64,000 bases of DNA from an uncultured delta proteobacterium (GTDB lineage Bacteria > Desulfobacterota > Desulfomonilia > Desulfomonilales > Desulfomonilaceae): positions 2,048,001 to 2,112,000 of the forward strand of contig CAWBKB010000001.1 of NCBI GenBank assembly GCA_963789265.1, read 5' to 3'. Every line of letters starts with the position of its first letter. Within the stretch, counting starts at the first letter, position 1. Under the pieces are notes generated by a model. It had not been told where the DNA came from. It saw nothing but the letters and a program-made list of their open reading frames with translations, and did no database searches. Made by a program: the position numbers and the translations under genes. This document shows positions 1 to 9,746 of the stretch, one piece after another.

Positions 1-540
1 CAGTGGAGGCAAGTCCTGACGCCGCTCCATTGGCTGATCCAGCTTTATGAAATCCGTCATGCGACCGTCATCATGTATCCGCTTCATCCAGTAAGGGTGG
101 GCCTCAGCCGGTGTGACGCTCACGACGGCATCCGCGTTTTTCTCGACAGCCAAAGTAATAGCGTTATCAATGTCTTCGGATACTCGTAGTGGTGACGTTG
201 CTTGGAGAAGCATTATGAAATCGGGCCGATAACCTTCATTTTCTTCCAGCCACCGGGCTGCGTGCAAAACTGGCGCTACGCCCGGTGTGTCATCCTGCGC
301 GAGATTCTCCGGGCGCATGAATGGTGCCTCAGCGCCGTATCGAAGCACAACCTCGATGATCTCATGTGAATCTGTGGAGACGATCACGCGATCGAGAAAG
401 GTGGCTGCAAGTGCAGCTTCAATTGTCCATGCAACAAGAGGCTTGCCTGCCACCGGCCTCAAGTTCTTGCCGGGTATTCCCTTCGAACCACTGCGAGCTG
501 GTATGATAGCTACACAGACAGGTCTCGTTGTCTCAACCAA
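1..540 (-). CDS. Acylneuraminate (CMP-Neu5Ac-type) cytidylyltransferase, 3' end runs off window
   Basis: Own translation from TTG at 540: MVETTRPVCVAIIPARSGSKGIPGKNLRPVAGKPLVAWTIEAA...VSTDS...LLQATSPLR, motifs of the NeuA/CMAS family; GGGGA RBS upstream. Not in ORF track because truncated. Confidence 0.9.
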   Translation of the reverse strand, partial: MVETTRPVCVAIIPARSGSKGIPGKNLRPVAGKPLVAWTIEAALAATFLDRVIVSTDSHEIIEVVLRYGAEAPFMRPENLAQDDTPGVAPVLHAARWLEENEGYRPDFIMLLQATSPLRVSEDIDNAITLAVEKNADAVVSVTPAEAHPYWMKRIHDDGRMTDFIKLDQPMERRQDLPPL

Positions 541-951
541 GTGAGTCCCCTTGTTTTATTCGCAACTCCCAATTTCCGTTATAATCTCCCTAAACTGATT
601 TGAGTCCATAGCAACAGCGGACGTTGTCAGCATCTTGGAGGTTGGATAATTCCGTACAGCTCCGCTTTGGTCCTAAGCTATTAAGTCTCTGATATTCCAA
701 CCGTTGTCCTAAGATCTATCTAAACGGCCTCGACTCGTTAGCTTCAGGTGGTGCATAGTTAGTGACTATGTTAGCGATTATACTATCCCCAAAGCAAGCG
801 GGCAAGCAACTGTGCGTTCGAATGCGTTATAATGACTTTGAAGTTTGAAAGCAGGTAAGATGAATTTGATATAGGATCGGTACGGATCGGAGCACGCTCG
901 TTTCGAATATGCCGACATCCTATAACGGCCGCCGTAGGGCCGCCCATAATC

Positions 952-981
952 TTGACATTATGGCGTGGCGGATGCTATTTT
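952..981 (+). promoter_or_regulatory. sigma70-type promoter of tRNA-Met
   Basis: TTGACA (952-957), 18 nt spacer, TG-extended TATTTT (976-981), 10 nt before the tRNA. Confidence 0.6.
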
Positions 982-991
982 CAATCCGTAT

Positions 992-1068
992 GGCGGTGTA
1001 GCTCAGCAGGTTAGAGCATGCGGCTCATATCCGCAGTGTCCGGGGTTCAAGTCCCTGCACCGCCACCA
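992..1068 (+). tRNA. tRNA-Met(CAT), elongator-like; integration target
   Basis: GGCGGTG...CACCGCC-A-CCA acceptor stem, anticodon arm TGCGG-CTCATAT-CCGCA, GTTCAAGTC T-loop; G1-C72 pair argues against fMet (Ile2 not strictly excluded). Confidence 0.92.
1039..1068 (+). repeat. attL core (tRNA-Met 3' end)
   Basis: TCCGGGGTTCAAGTCCCTGCACCGCCACCA, identical to 16190-16219. Confidence 0.95.
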
Positions 1069-1118
1069 CTTAACCATAGAATATAACGAGACTATCACTC
1101 CTCCCTACCCCCGAATAG

Positions 1119-1138
1119 TTGTGTGCAAATTGTGTGCA
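1119..1138 (+). promoter_or_regulatory. Putative integrase arm-type sites (left), TTGTGTGCA x2
   Basis: Copies at 1119-1127 and 1130-1138 (11-bp period), ~50 bp from the core; matched by 16117-16136. Confidence 0.75.
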
Positions 1139-1197
1139 GATCCTCTGTGATGGGAAATCAGACGGGGAACACGTAAATATATGGGACGTGGTTCCCG

Positions 1198-1317
1198 TAA
1201 AAATCGGTCCACTCGGTCCATTCGGGACTTTTGTTGTAATTTCGAGGGATTGCCGAAATTTAAAGCGGTCCACAAGTGGTCCACTTGGGGGGTAAAGTGG
1301 TCCACTGCTTGATTTTA
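1198..1317 (-). repeat. Left GTGGACC iteron array (inverted copy of 15960-16078)
   Basis: GGTCCA(C) at 1206, 1215, degenerate 1224, 1267, 1278, 1299. Confidence 0.85.
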
Positions 1318-2484
1318 TTACTGATTTGACTTTTTCAGGGGGGTGACAGTTGCTTTTCTTTGAATTGATCGAAGTGCGTTAACTTCCAGGTGGGAATATC
1401 GCTTGGTCTGCTCAAGATTGCTGTGCCCCAAAAACTTGGAGACTTTGTAAAGGGATTGGCCGTCGTTCACTGCTTGTGAGGCAATACTGTGGCGCGTGCC
1501 CTGATATAAGGTGATGTGAGCAACCCCAGCTTTTTCACGGGCTGCGTTCCATTGGTTCCTGCACCAATTCCGACCATGAGGCTTACCGGTCGAATCGCAA
1601 AAGACAAATCCCTCGGCATCCACATGGCGCGGTCTCGTCAAATAGAGTTCTTTCCAATTGGGGTCGAGAGGAACAATGCGAATTCGCTTTGACTTGGTAA
1701 ACGGCCGCAGGTCGTTATCAGCGAAGGCCCGCTGTATAGTCACTAGATCATTTTTTAAGTCGATATCGTGATGCTGAAGGGCTCGGGTCTCTCCGGGCCT
1801 CGTTCCGTGCGTAGCTGAGAAGAGGATCATAAGGTGCGCGTCAGCGGTCAGGTTCGCAAAGATAAGGTCCTGTGTCTCGACGTCCGCCCACTTCCACTCC
1901 GGGTCCGGCAGAGTACTTGCCCTGAATTCCATCGGGAACTTGGGGATTGCCTGTATAACCTCTTCCTCGTACGCATCCTTGAAGATCTTGTGAAGGGCGC
2001 TCATGATATTCCAGAGGCTTTTGGGGGAGTAATCAAGCGACAGGTAGAATTGTTTCAGGTCGCGCCCGCGGATCTCTGTAATGGGCTTCTCCTTGAAGTA
2101 GGGAAGGAATATGTTGCGCACGTAGTTCCTGAGCGAGCCCAAGTAGGTAATTGACAACTCATTCCGATCTTTGCGACGCTGGCAATTGCTCAGCCACTCT
2201 TCTGCGTAGACGGAGAAGCTGTGGAGTGATTTTTTCGTCTTGGAATAGAAGTCCGGGTCGAATGTCCCGCTTTGTATCTCGCCTGTTATTTGCGCCAGGG
2301 TATATTCGGCGTGCTCACGACTGTGAAAACTTCTGTGTTGCTTGTCGGCCCAGATCTCAATTCCGCCTGACAGACGGATTTTCCAGCGGTTGCCCCGATT
2401 CTTGTACACCTTCCCCAGAGCAGGCATTGTCCACACCTCCGGCGTTTGGGGGAAAGCATACTTTGTTTTTGACTTTGGGGGCAA
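1318..2484 (-). CDS. int: Tyrosine recombinase (phage integrase)
   Basis: 388 aa; catalytic motifs GTRPGE(R), TKSK, YQGTRH (H/YxxR), LGH, RY; N-terminal arm-binding-like region; adjacent to att. Confidence 0.93.
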   Translation of the reverse strand: MPPKSKTKYAFPQTPEVWTMPALGKVYKNRGNRWKIRLSGGIEIWADKQHRSFHSREHAEYTLAQITGEIQSGTFDPDFYSKTKKSLHSFSVYAEEWLSNCQRRKDRNELSITYLGSLRNYVRNIFLPYFKEKPITEIRGRDLKQFYLSLDYSPKSLWNIMSALHKIFKDAYEEEVIQAIPKFPMEFRASTLPDPEWKWADVETQDLIFANLTADAHLMILFSATHGTRPGETRALQHHDIDLKNDLVTIQRAFADNDLRPFTKSKRIRIVPLDPNWKELYLTRPRHVDAEGFVFCDSTGKPHGRNWCRNQWNAAREKAGVAHITLYQGTRHSIASQAVNDGQSLYKVSKFLGHSNLEQTKRYSHLEVNALRSIQRKATVTPLKKSNQ

Positions 2485-2883
2485 CTATTTTTCCGTTTTT
2501 GATTGCTCGCGGGAAAGTTCGCGCTCTAACCAAGCCAGATACTCGGGGAGCTGTTGATCCGTCAAACGCAGACCGGTTGCCTTGTGGATATTGCTCCTGA
2601 GCCTCTTAAACTGGCGTTTAAACCTGTAGTGTTGGCGTATTCGGCGGACACTTCCCTTGATCCACGCCAAGGGGCCTTGAGCGGGACACCAGCCCGGTAG
2701 TCGCAATATCTTGGCGAGGGCTTCCACCTGCACGGTAAGCCAGTGGTGAACAGCCCAGCCGTTTGGATCTCCCGATTCGCTGGACAGATAGGCTGGGTAT
2801 CCCAACAGCCGGGCCGCATCCCACGCGACCGCGGTGAGAAATGATTTGAACAACGACCATGCAAATTTCAGCCAGTCTCTCAT
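2485..2883 (-). CDS. Hypothetical protein
   Basis: 132 aa, abuts both neighbours in the leftward operon. Confidence 0.6.
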   Translation of the reverse strand: MRDWLKFAWSLFKSFLTAVAWDAARLLGYPAYLSSESGDPNGWAVHHWLTVQVEALAKILRLPGWCPAQGPLAWIKGSVRRIRQHYRFKRQFKRLRSNIHKATGLRLTDQQLPEYLAWLERELSREQSKTEK

Positions 2884-3164
2884 AGGTTTTCCCTCTCTTC
2901 CGAATAGCAGATGCGGCGCATGATATAATCAGCAGCTTCCCGTTGCGCCGGCGTAATTGGTCGTGGAACCGGATGCGCCCTTAGTATTTTCTCGAGTGCA
3001 CGTAGGGCAACGACGACCGTTTCAGCGGCCCGAACTGCCTTAGCGCCGGCTTCGGGTGCGTACCAATTTTCAACGTCGTGCATTAAAGATTCCGCTTCAC
3101 TTTGCAGTTGCCGAACCTTATCTATGATCTTTCGGAATTCTCCGCACGTATACCCGGGAGTCAT
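2880..3164 (-). CDS. Hypothetical helical protein (start MTPGYTCG)
   Basis: ATG at 3164 overlaps stop of ERCC4 gene (ATGA) with GGAGG-like RBS (GAGG); the longer 229-aa track ORF overlaps the ERCC4 gene. Confidence 0.6.
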   Translation of the reverse strand: MTPGYTCGEFRKIIDKVRQLQSEAESLMHDVENWYAPEAGAKAVRAAETVVVALRALEKILRAHPVPRPITPAQREAADYIMRRICYSEERENL

Positions 3165-3640
3165 GCTGACCTCGCTTCCAATCGGGATTGATGATCTCGC
3201 CAAAACCTCAACAAAATGCTCTCGCAGAGTGTTGCCGCAACTTCCTGGCTCCCAGCGAATAAGAAGGGTATGGCATATCTGTGCTGTAGCGCCACCACGG
3301 ATTCCCAGGCGCTCCTGGGGTTCATTTGGCTGCGGTAATTGCCTTGGAGTAGATCTGAATACCGGGCTTCCACGACCACATAGAAATGCAGGATGGACGC
3401 GGCCCGCTCCAATTCTCTCGTGAACCGTTCGCGGGAGACGGTTAAACAGCCGATCAAATCGTCCAGGGTTTTGCGTTCGATTGAAACCCAGCTTTGGAAG
3501 CCGTCCAGCGAATAATCGCCAGTCGGAAGGCACGTCCGGACGGTTGGCAGAGAAAAGTAATTTTCCCATGGCGCGGGGTCCGGTTCCCGCGTATCAATCA
3601 AGAAAAGCGGCAGAGGTTCGCTCTTGGCCATGCTACTCAC
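3161..3640 (-). CDS. ERCC4/XPF-family nuclease
   Basis: IDTRE, LPTGDY, IERKTLDDL motifs. Confidence 0.88.
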   Translation of the reverse strand: MSSMAKSEPLPLFLIDTREPDPAPWENYFSLPTVRTCLPTGDYSLDGFQSWVSIERKTLDDLIGCLTVSRERFTRELERAASILHFYVVVEARYSDLLQGNYRSQMNPRSAWESVVALQHRYAIPFLFAGSQEVAATLCESILLRFWRDHQSRLEARSA

Positions 3641-6085
3641 CCCTGTGCCGACTTAAATTGAGCGCAACTGGTAGCGTCCCGTCTCTCCACTGGCTTGGGG
3701 CAACACCACTCAAGATCACACTGGCTACACGCAAGACTTTGCTTCCCGAAATTACCAGGCACCACGTTGTCCGCTTGGCCTTCGGCCCTCAGTCCTATGC
3801 CGCGCCAAACCTTGACCCGAGCGCTTGCGGGGCCTACTTTGCCCTTTATAATGCCCGCTCTGCCTAGAAGATTTTCGTTGAACGGCGCACGCTTCAAGGG
3901 CTGCTCTCGCACATCCTCACAATGTGACTGATACGCCTTGTAAAGCTCCGAAACGGGTACAGTCGCGGAGATGTGGACCACACAATGCTTGTCCAGGAAA
4001 TCGCCTAGTTTATCGGCGTCTTGCCGGTAATCAGCAACTGCCAACTTGACCTTCTCGGGAGGATTGAGGCCGCTCTGTTGCCACTGCCGAAGCCCAGTCA
4101 GCATCCAGTTTAAAATGCCAGGCGCTTCGGCCTTCAGTTTGTCACCCAGAGTGACATCCTTATCCTCTCCCTCGAATTGCCGGGTAAATGGAATAAGTTG
4201 CGGGCGCCTCCAAAACGCCTCAGACGCGTCCCGCACTTCTGGTCGATTGTTCGCGCAAATGAAGACTTTGGCTTCAGGAGTAAACTCGAAAAATTCCCTG
4301 CGCAAAAAGCGAGCAGTAACCTTACCGTCTCCAGAGACTTTCTTGATAGTTTCGGCGTCGAATCGTTTCCCCTTCGGTTCAGAGGCAGACACGAACCGAG
4401 CGCCCCGGAGTCTGGCCAGGTCATTGCGAGGCGAATCGTCGTTTCTGCGCTCCATGAATGTGGCGGCGGGCGTATCAATAGCGTAGTCCCCCAATACCGC
4501 AGAGATGGTGTTTACAAGCACGGATTTGCCGTTACTGCCTTTTCCCCAGAGAAAAAACCAACATTGTTCGGTGGTCAGCCCGGTAAGGGCGTAGCCCAAC
4601 ACCCGCTGCATATAAGCGGTTAATTCGGCGTCGCCTTCGGTAATCTCTGTGATGAATTGATCCCACCGCGGGCAAACGGCCGCTGCGTCATAGTCAACAG
4701 GCGCTACCCTCGTAATGAGATCATTTGGCGAATGTGGTCGTAACTCGCCGGAGGCAAGGTCAACGGTGCCGTTCCTCACGTTCAAGAGCAAGGGGTTAGT
4801 ATCAAACACGTCTGGGAGTACACTGATTTCCTGCTCAGACGGGAGTAGCTGAATCATGGCGTTGATCTTGGAAACGCTCTCGCACTTCCGGGCGAACTTA
4901 GTCAGAGCTTCTTGCTGGTCCTTGTCCGTCAGATTCGCCGCTTCGCCGTGAAGTCCCCTTACTACGTCCTTGGCAGCGGCCTGAACCCGTGAAAGTTGAT
5001 CCTGCGCCCATCTAGTTCCGTCATAATGGTACCATCCTCCCAACTGTCCGCAGAACTTGATTTTGCCTTGAACAGCAGCGGCCAAGCGCTCAGCGTTTCC
5101 CATGTCGCTGAGGTGGTGGGAATCAGACTTGCCCTTTTCTTGAGCCTGGCGCCGGCGCTCGGCACGAATTGCCGATACGAATTCGTACTCCGGGGTCTCT
5201 TCCGCCAAATAAAGCAACGTGTAATATGTCCCCTCGCGACCCTCCTTCTCGAGGAAATCAGAGAGGTCCCCCCCTTCGGGCAGGTTGGGCAGGTTCAGGA
5301 TTTTGACGCTTTTCGCAAATCCGTGGAGGGTATCAGCTACCGCTCGGGCGTGACTCTGACCCGGTTCGTCATTATCGGGGATGATCCATACTACGCGATC
5401 TTTGAGAGGCTCGTGAATCGCATATTTTTTGACCAGGCCCGGCCATTTACTGCCATGCCGGTCAGCGCCCTGCGGAGGCGTCGTGGCCACAAATCCGAGA
5501 GACCGGGCCGCCAGAAACATCTTTCTCTCCTTCGACTACGAGAACCGGCTTTTCCGGATCCGCGGCCAACAACTCCGGCAGCCCGAATAGGACGCGAGGG
5601 ATGCCGTTTAGATCCCAGGCCCAACCGTCCTTGCCCTTTGGGTCCGGGCGCCGCACGGGGAAATCTCCTTTTGGGTCCGTCCTGCATACCTCATAGAGCA
5701 ATTTTCCTGACTCATCGTGGTACGGGTAGGTCGCGATGATCCTGGCGTACTGCTTCCGTTTTTTCTTGGAAGTTTTTCCTTTATCCGGCTTGGGCTTCCC
5801 GGCCCCTTCAGCGATCCAATTGCAGGCGTCCAGAAATGAGCACTCTTTGGCCGCCATAACGAATCCGATGGGGGGGTAATGCGTATTGCTGGAAAAATCA
5901 TGAGCGTGGTCTTCGTAGATTTTGAGGCTTTCAGTGCTCTCTGATGGATTCTCGATGCTCTTTATAAATCCGCTCGCATTAGGCTCTTTCCCCAGGCGAC
6001 GGCATATCTCGGGCAGGGAAATCAACTTATTGTAATAGTCGGTATTGACTTTGGAGTTCGCGTCAGGTAGGCTCTGATCTGACAT
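3637..6085 (-). CDS. P4/D5-type primase-helicase (degenerate CHC2-like N-term, TOPRIM, D5_N, SF3 helicase); one frameshift near 5516
   Basis: Track ORFs 5462-6085 (VLVVEGEKDV) and 3637-5520 (IIPDNDEPG, Walker A GKGSNGKS, RLRGARF, AFWRR) join as ...EKDVLAARSLGF if one T is removed. Confidence 0.88.
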
Positions 6086-6331
6086 TTATGGTTCCTCATA
6101 CTGCCCCGGCCGCCAACCGGGGTTTTGTTTATTTGGTTTTCGTTTCTCGGCCTTGAACTGTTTGGCCAGTACTAGCCACTCCGGAATGCTGCCTTCTGGC
6201 CAGTAAAATCGCCCGCGGGGGCTCACAAACGGAGTCGGAAATGCTCCTTGGTCCATGAGGATCAAAAGTTGCTCCACTGTGAGGTGCAACAAATCAGCGA
6301 GACCATGCACATCAATCCCGTTTGTCATCAT
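6086..6331 (-). CDS. AlpA/excisionase-like HTH protein
   Basis: 81 aa, LADLL...MDQGAFPTPF...RFYW...IPEWL pattern typical of AlpA; upstream of primase. Confidence 0.65.
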   Translation of the reverse strand: MMTNGIDVHGLADLLHLTVEQLLILMDQGAFPTPFVSPRGRFYWPEGSIPEWLVLAKQFKAEKRKPNKQNPGWRPGQYEEP

Positions 6332-6521
6332 TTTTCAGTTTGGCCCCTACAGCCCCGGCTCCGAAATAATGAGCACAGTGGCGGCTGAATTCCCGTAGTT
6401 CGTCACGCACATGTTTGAATTCCCCGCGCCTCATCCGCTCTATCGTTGACCGATGGATGCCCAGCAATATGGCCACACATGGCTGGGAGCATTCAGGCGG
6501 TATGTGTCGATCGGAATCCAT
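6312..6521 (-). CDS. Small HTH-like hypothetical protein
   Basis: 69 aa, SQPCVAILLGIHRSTIERM HTH-like segment; GAGG RBS. Confidence 0.5.
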   Translation of the reverse strand: MDSDRHIPPECSQPCVAILLGIHRSTIERMRRGEFKHVRDELREFSRHCAHYFGAGAVGAKLKNDDKRD

Positions 6522-6533
6522 CTCATTTCCTCG

Positions 6534-6767
6534 TCAGGCCGCGCCCTGGCCTGAGTTTTGGGTGATGTCAGGTACTCGCTCCATTAACCGCTGAAATGTC
6601 CATTCTGGGCCGAAGAATCGTTTCAACTTGCGCTCAAGGTTGCCTGGAGCACGCGTGAGCCAACCGTTTTCCAGTTTGGATAGAACCGATTGCTGCACTC
6701 CCAACTTCATCGCCAAATCCCTCTGACTGATTTGTCGTTGAAGCCGCATGAAAAGCAGGTAATTCAT
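6534..6767 (-). CDS. XRE/Cro-like HTH regulator
   Basis: SQRDLAMKLGVQQSVLSKLENG; AGGAGG RBS. Confidence 0.85.
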   Translation of the reverse strand: MNYLLFMRLQRQISQRDLAMKLGVQQSVLSKLENGWLTRAPGNLERKLKRFFGPEWTFQRLMERVPDITQNSGQGAA

Positions 6768-6785
6768 AAGGTCCTCCTATCGTTT

Positions 6786-6804
6786 GGTCACACTTACTGT
6801 GACC
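6786..6804. promoter_or_regulatory. Palindromic operator GGTCACA-N5-TGTGACC
   Basis: Perfect 7-bp arms; 16/19 match (reverse complement) to 7454-7472. Confidence 0.6.
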
Positions 6805-6830
6805 TGGTAGACAAAAAAAGGGGCTTACCC

Positions 6831-7439
6831 TCACCGGTTTATTAAAACATCCCCTCGGTAACCGTCAGTGCGTCGCAGGGATTTTGAGACAGTACGATCC
6901 AGGGTTACCCCTAGAGTTTTTTCGATATGTCGAGCAATCGCTTTCACGGAGATGAATGTTGCGCTCATCATAACCATGCCCTGCCAGGGATTCATGCCAA
7001 GCCACGCCTTAAACGTCTCGCGCGCCACATCCAGCGGTTCCACAACCATCATGCACGTGCGCACATTTTTAGCGGTCGTATGATGTTCTTTCGGGTTCTC
7101 GCGCTTTTCGCTTGATATGGATAAAGCGATACTCACGTCATAGCCCCATGCCCGGCAGTACTCCATGACTAGAATAGGCTCCCAGGCCAACGAGAGTTGA
7201 GGTTGTTGCCGGTCCGTCGCGTGGCCGATCAGCATTTGAATATGGTCCGCCCGGTATACTCCATAATGCGAAGCCTGGACTACGATTCCTGTGAGAATGG
7301 CCTTTGGCTCAGGGAATATCATATAGCCGCGAGAATCCCTGTCCACAGGCAGGACGCCTGCATCATCCCAATGTTTGATCGTTGTGCGGCCCACTTCAGG
7401 AAAGCAGTTTTGAATGTTCTTTGGCGAAAATGTCTGCAT
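6831..7439 (-). CDS. MerR-like HTH protein
   Basis: N-terminal VGRTTIKHWDDAGVLP...RDSRGYMIF resembles MerR wHTH. Confidence 0.6.
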   Translation of the reverse strand: MQTFSPKNIQNCFPEVGRTTIKHWDDAGVLPVDRDSRGYMIFPEPKAILTGIVVQASHYGVYRADHIQMLIGHATDRQQPQLSLAWEPILVMEYCRAWGYDVSIALSISSEKRENPKEHHTTAKNVRTCMMVVEPLDVARETFKAWLGMNPWQGMVMMSATFISVKAIARHIEKTLGVTLDRTVSKSLRRTDGYRGDVLINR

Positions 7440-7453
7440 AGTAACCTCGTTGT

Positions 7454-7472
7454 GTTCACAGTCAGTGTGACG
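7454..7472. promoter_or_regulatory. Second copy of TCACA-N5-TGTGA operator
   Basis: GTTCACAGTCAGTGTGACG just upstream of the 7439 start. Confidence 0.55.
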
Positions 7473-7583
7473 GGAAGAGACATATAGGAGAATTTTCTGA
7501 GTGTCAACGACTTTCTATGATTTGTTTTGGGTCTATTTTATTTTTTTGCCGTCCAGCTATAGAAGCCCGCACTGACAGTGGTT

Positions 7584-7599
7584 TGGCACACTTGTTGCT
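7584..7599 (+). promoter_or_regulatory. sigma54 (-24/-12) motif
   Basis: TGGCACA-CTTG-TTGCT. Confidence 0.55.
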
Positions 7600-7827
7600 G
7601 AAGGCTGTCAACGCAGATTTTAGGCAGTAATACCTTGAAATGTTTCGAGCGCTAGCAAACAACTACCAAGTCACCTCTCCAAACCCCTGCATGGAAGCCC
7701 ATAAGTGGCACCCTGCATGAAGAAAACAACTACCAGCCATTTCGCAGCGTCCATGATGTCCAATAATCTCGCGCGGTTATAAGGCCGCGGAGTGCATCAT
7801 TTATTTGAAATCATTACCATTTTGGGC

Positions 7828-7856
7828 TTGACTCGTCGCGCGCGGAAAGATATCAT
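7828..7856 (+). promoter_or_regulatory. sigma70 promoter for rightward XRE-like genes
   Basis: TTGACT-17 nt-TATCAT. Confidence 0.65.
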
Positions 7857-8004
7857 GCCCCCCATCTGCATCCAAAATCGCAATCCCCTCCCTTGTATCA
7901 GACTGGTACTCAGGTCCTATACTATAAACCGCAAAAGCCCCCGTTGGAGACAGGAGCTCCGTCGAGGGCTGATGCCACACCTATGCGTCAAAGGAAGGTG
8001 CAGC

Positions 8005-8472
8005 ATGGCAATAATCTATCGTTTCTCGAGCCGCGAAGCAATTTCAAAAGAAGCGCGGCCCACAACGCCATACGTTCCCCCTTGGGAGCAATACTCGCCC
8101 GTACGAAGGGTTATTTTGCCAGACTTTTTCTATCCGGATGTTGAGGTTGTTCGCCGGCAAGATTCTGGGTGCAAACTTGACTACAAAGGTTTCTACTTCC
8201 GATTGATAGTCTGTAAAAAGCCCGGAGAGAGCATCAGAGCGTTTTGCAAGAGAACTGGATATAGCAAGTCAGCGTTCTATCATTTGAGGCAAAATCCAAG
8301 TTCAGTTGCTTCAAACAGGCGTGTAAATCCAAAACTGGCCGACAACCTGGGGGTCGATCCAGGCTGGCTCGAATTGGGGTTGGATTTTGGCCCGCTGCGC
8401 GAGCGAGGTAAATGGCCGCACGTTGAACTGGCGCAAACCGCCGTACCCTCAAAAGTTCGATCCCTGCAATAA
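8005..8472 (+). CDS. XRE/cI-like HTH protein
   Basis: ATG after AAGGAAGG; SIRAFCKRTGYSKSAFY...KLADNLGVDPGWLELG. Confidence 0.65.
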   Translation: MAIIYRFSSREAISKEARPTTPYVPPWEQYSPVRRVILPDFFYPDVEVVRRQDSGCKLDYKGFYFRLIVCKKPGESIRAFCKRTGYSKSAFYHLRQNPSSVASNRRVNPKLADNLGVDPGWLELGLDFGPLRERGKWPHVELAQTAVPSKVRSLQ

Positions 8473-8537
8473 TTTCTTAACTCCCCGGTCTGCCTGGGCC
8501 GGGGTCCACACTGCCTATGCATAAAGGAAGGTGTAGC

Positions 8538-8925
8538 ATGTCAAAGTCTATCGTTTCCAAGGAAGCAAAACAAACTGTTCTTCGCGAAAGCGCCGATTAC
8601 CGAATAAGCCATTACTCTATAGAGGAACTCCGCGAATGCGGAGAGAAATTGAGGGCACTCCTGAACGAGATACTCCCTGGCAGGACGGTTCCGAACTGGG
8701 CGCAAGCGCTGGGGGTGAGCGAAAATTTGCTTTTAAGGGTTTCTGGGGGGCACAAAAGGCTTCACGATAACCGACATGTTGAGCGTCACCCAAGGCTTAG
8801 TCCGTCTCAGTACTCCGGCGTGGGACGTGGCAAGTTGGTGGTGGGTCGGCCCCGCTGCGGAGGAGGTGAGATTGTGGAGAGCTCGCGAAACCGATTCTGA
8901 GGAAGTTCCCGTGCCAGTGCAGTAA
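8538..8925 (+). CDS. XRE-like HTH protein, probable frameshift near the G6 run 8745-8750
   Basis: TVPNWAQALGVSENLLLRV HTH; alternative frame continues TKGFTITDMLSV...EEVPVPVQ* to TAA 8923-8925, followed by a GC hairpin. Confidence 0.5.
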
Positions 8926-9092
8926 CCTTTACATCCCCGCTCTTCGGGGCGGGGACCCTCCCTCCCCCGTACCCGATCAGCATACGAAATTCCCGATTTT
9001 GACAAATAGTGCTACGATTACCCTCCGGGCGATCCCCGATCCGGCCGGCGCCGGGGAAGTGAGAAGGTGGGGCGTAACACGATCTCCAATGG

Positions 9093-9419
9093 CTACAGAG
9101 AGAGCACACAGAGGTCGTTGTTCTTGGGCCGGGGCTTCACGGTACGCTTAATCTCCGCTTCCATTCGATCCTCTGCCATGTCCAGGTCGTACCGCGCCTG
9201 TGCGTTCAACCAAAACTGCGGAGTGGTCCTGAAATACCGCCCCAGCCGCATGGCCGTGTCTGCCGTGACGCTGCACTTGCCGTTGAGAATACGATTTACG
9301 GTTGAAACACTAATCCTCAGAGCTTCGGCAAGCTTGTGCTGAGTCAAGCCCAAAGGGTCCATGAATAGTTCCTTTAGTGTCTCGCCCGGGTGAATAGGCG
9401 GTAATTTTCTCGTTTTCAT
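9093..9419 (-). CDS. higA: HigA-family antitoxin
   Basis: PPIHPGETL...LGLTQHKLA...TADTAMRL...FWLNAQARYDL. Confidence 0.92.
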   Translation of the reverse strand: MKTRKLPPIHPGETLKELFMDPLGLTQHKLAEALRISVSTVNRILNGKCSVTADTAMRLGRYFRTTPQFWLNAQARYDLDMAEDRMEAEIKRTVKPRPKNNDLCVLSL

Positions 9420-9461
9420 AATGTTTTTTCCTATAGATTCTATAATATATTTGTTTCATAC

Positions 9462-9740
9462 TCAGTGATAATCGACCAGTTCTAGATCGTGAATGTATCC
9501 ATCCTTCCAAGCGAAGCACAATCGCCAGTTGCCACTGACCCGTAAGCTATGCTGACCCCTCCGCTGCCCCTTCAATGCCTCCAGCCCCCCACCGGGAATA
9601 GCGGCCAAGTCTTCCAGGCGCACAGCATCTTGCATCGCTCCAAGCAACAGCCTAAGTCTCCTGTGAAGGTGCTCAGGACTCCTTGAATGCTTCCGGTTAG
9701 ACAGCTTCTCCAGTTCCTTGTCTGCAACGCTCTTAATCAT
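9462..9740 (-). CDS. higB: HigB/RelE-family toxin
   Basis: MIKSVADKELEKL...LEALKGQRRGQHSLRVSGNWRLCF...LVDYH; toxin upstream of antitoxin. Confidence 0.92.
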   Translation of the reverse strand: MIKSVADKELEKLSNRKHSRSPEHLHRRLRLLLGAMQDAVRLEDLAAIPGGGLEALKGQRRGQHSLRVSGNWRLCFAWKDGYIHDLELVDYH

Positions 9741-9746
9741 GTATAT

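Noticed and set aside
1070..1305. Track ORFs 1070-1273 and 1105-1305
   Set aside because: Their VDH/VDR/GP repeats are just translations of the iteron array.
1198..1317. CRISPR array (also considered for 15960-16078 and 21615-22230)
   Set aside because: Repeats are 7-mers with irregular spacing or only two long copies; no cas genes.
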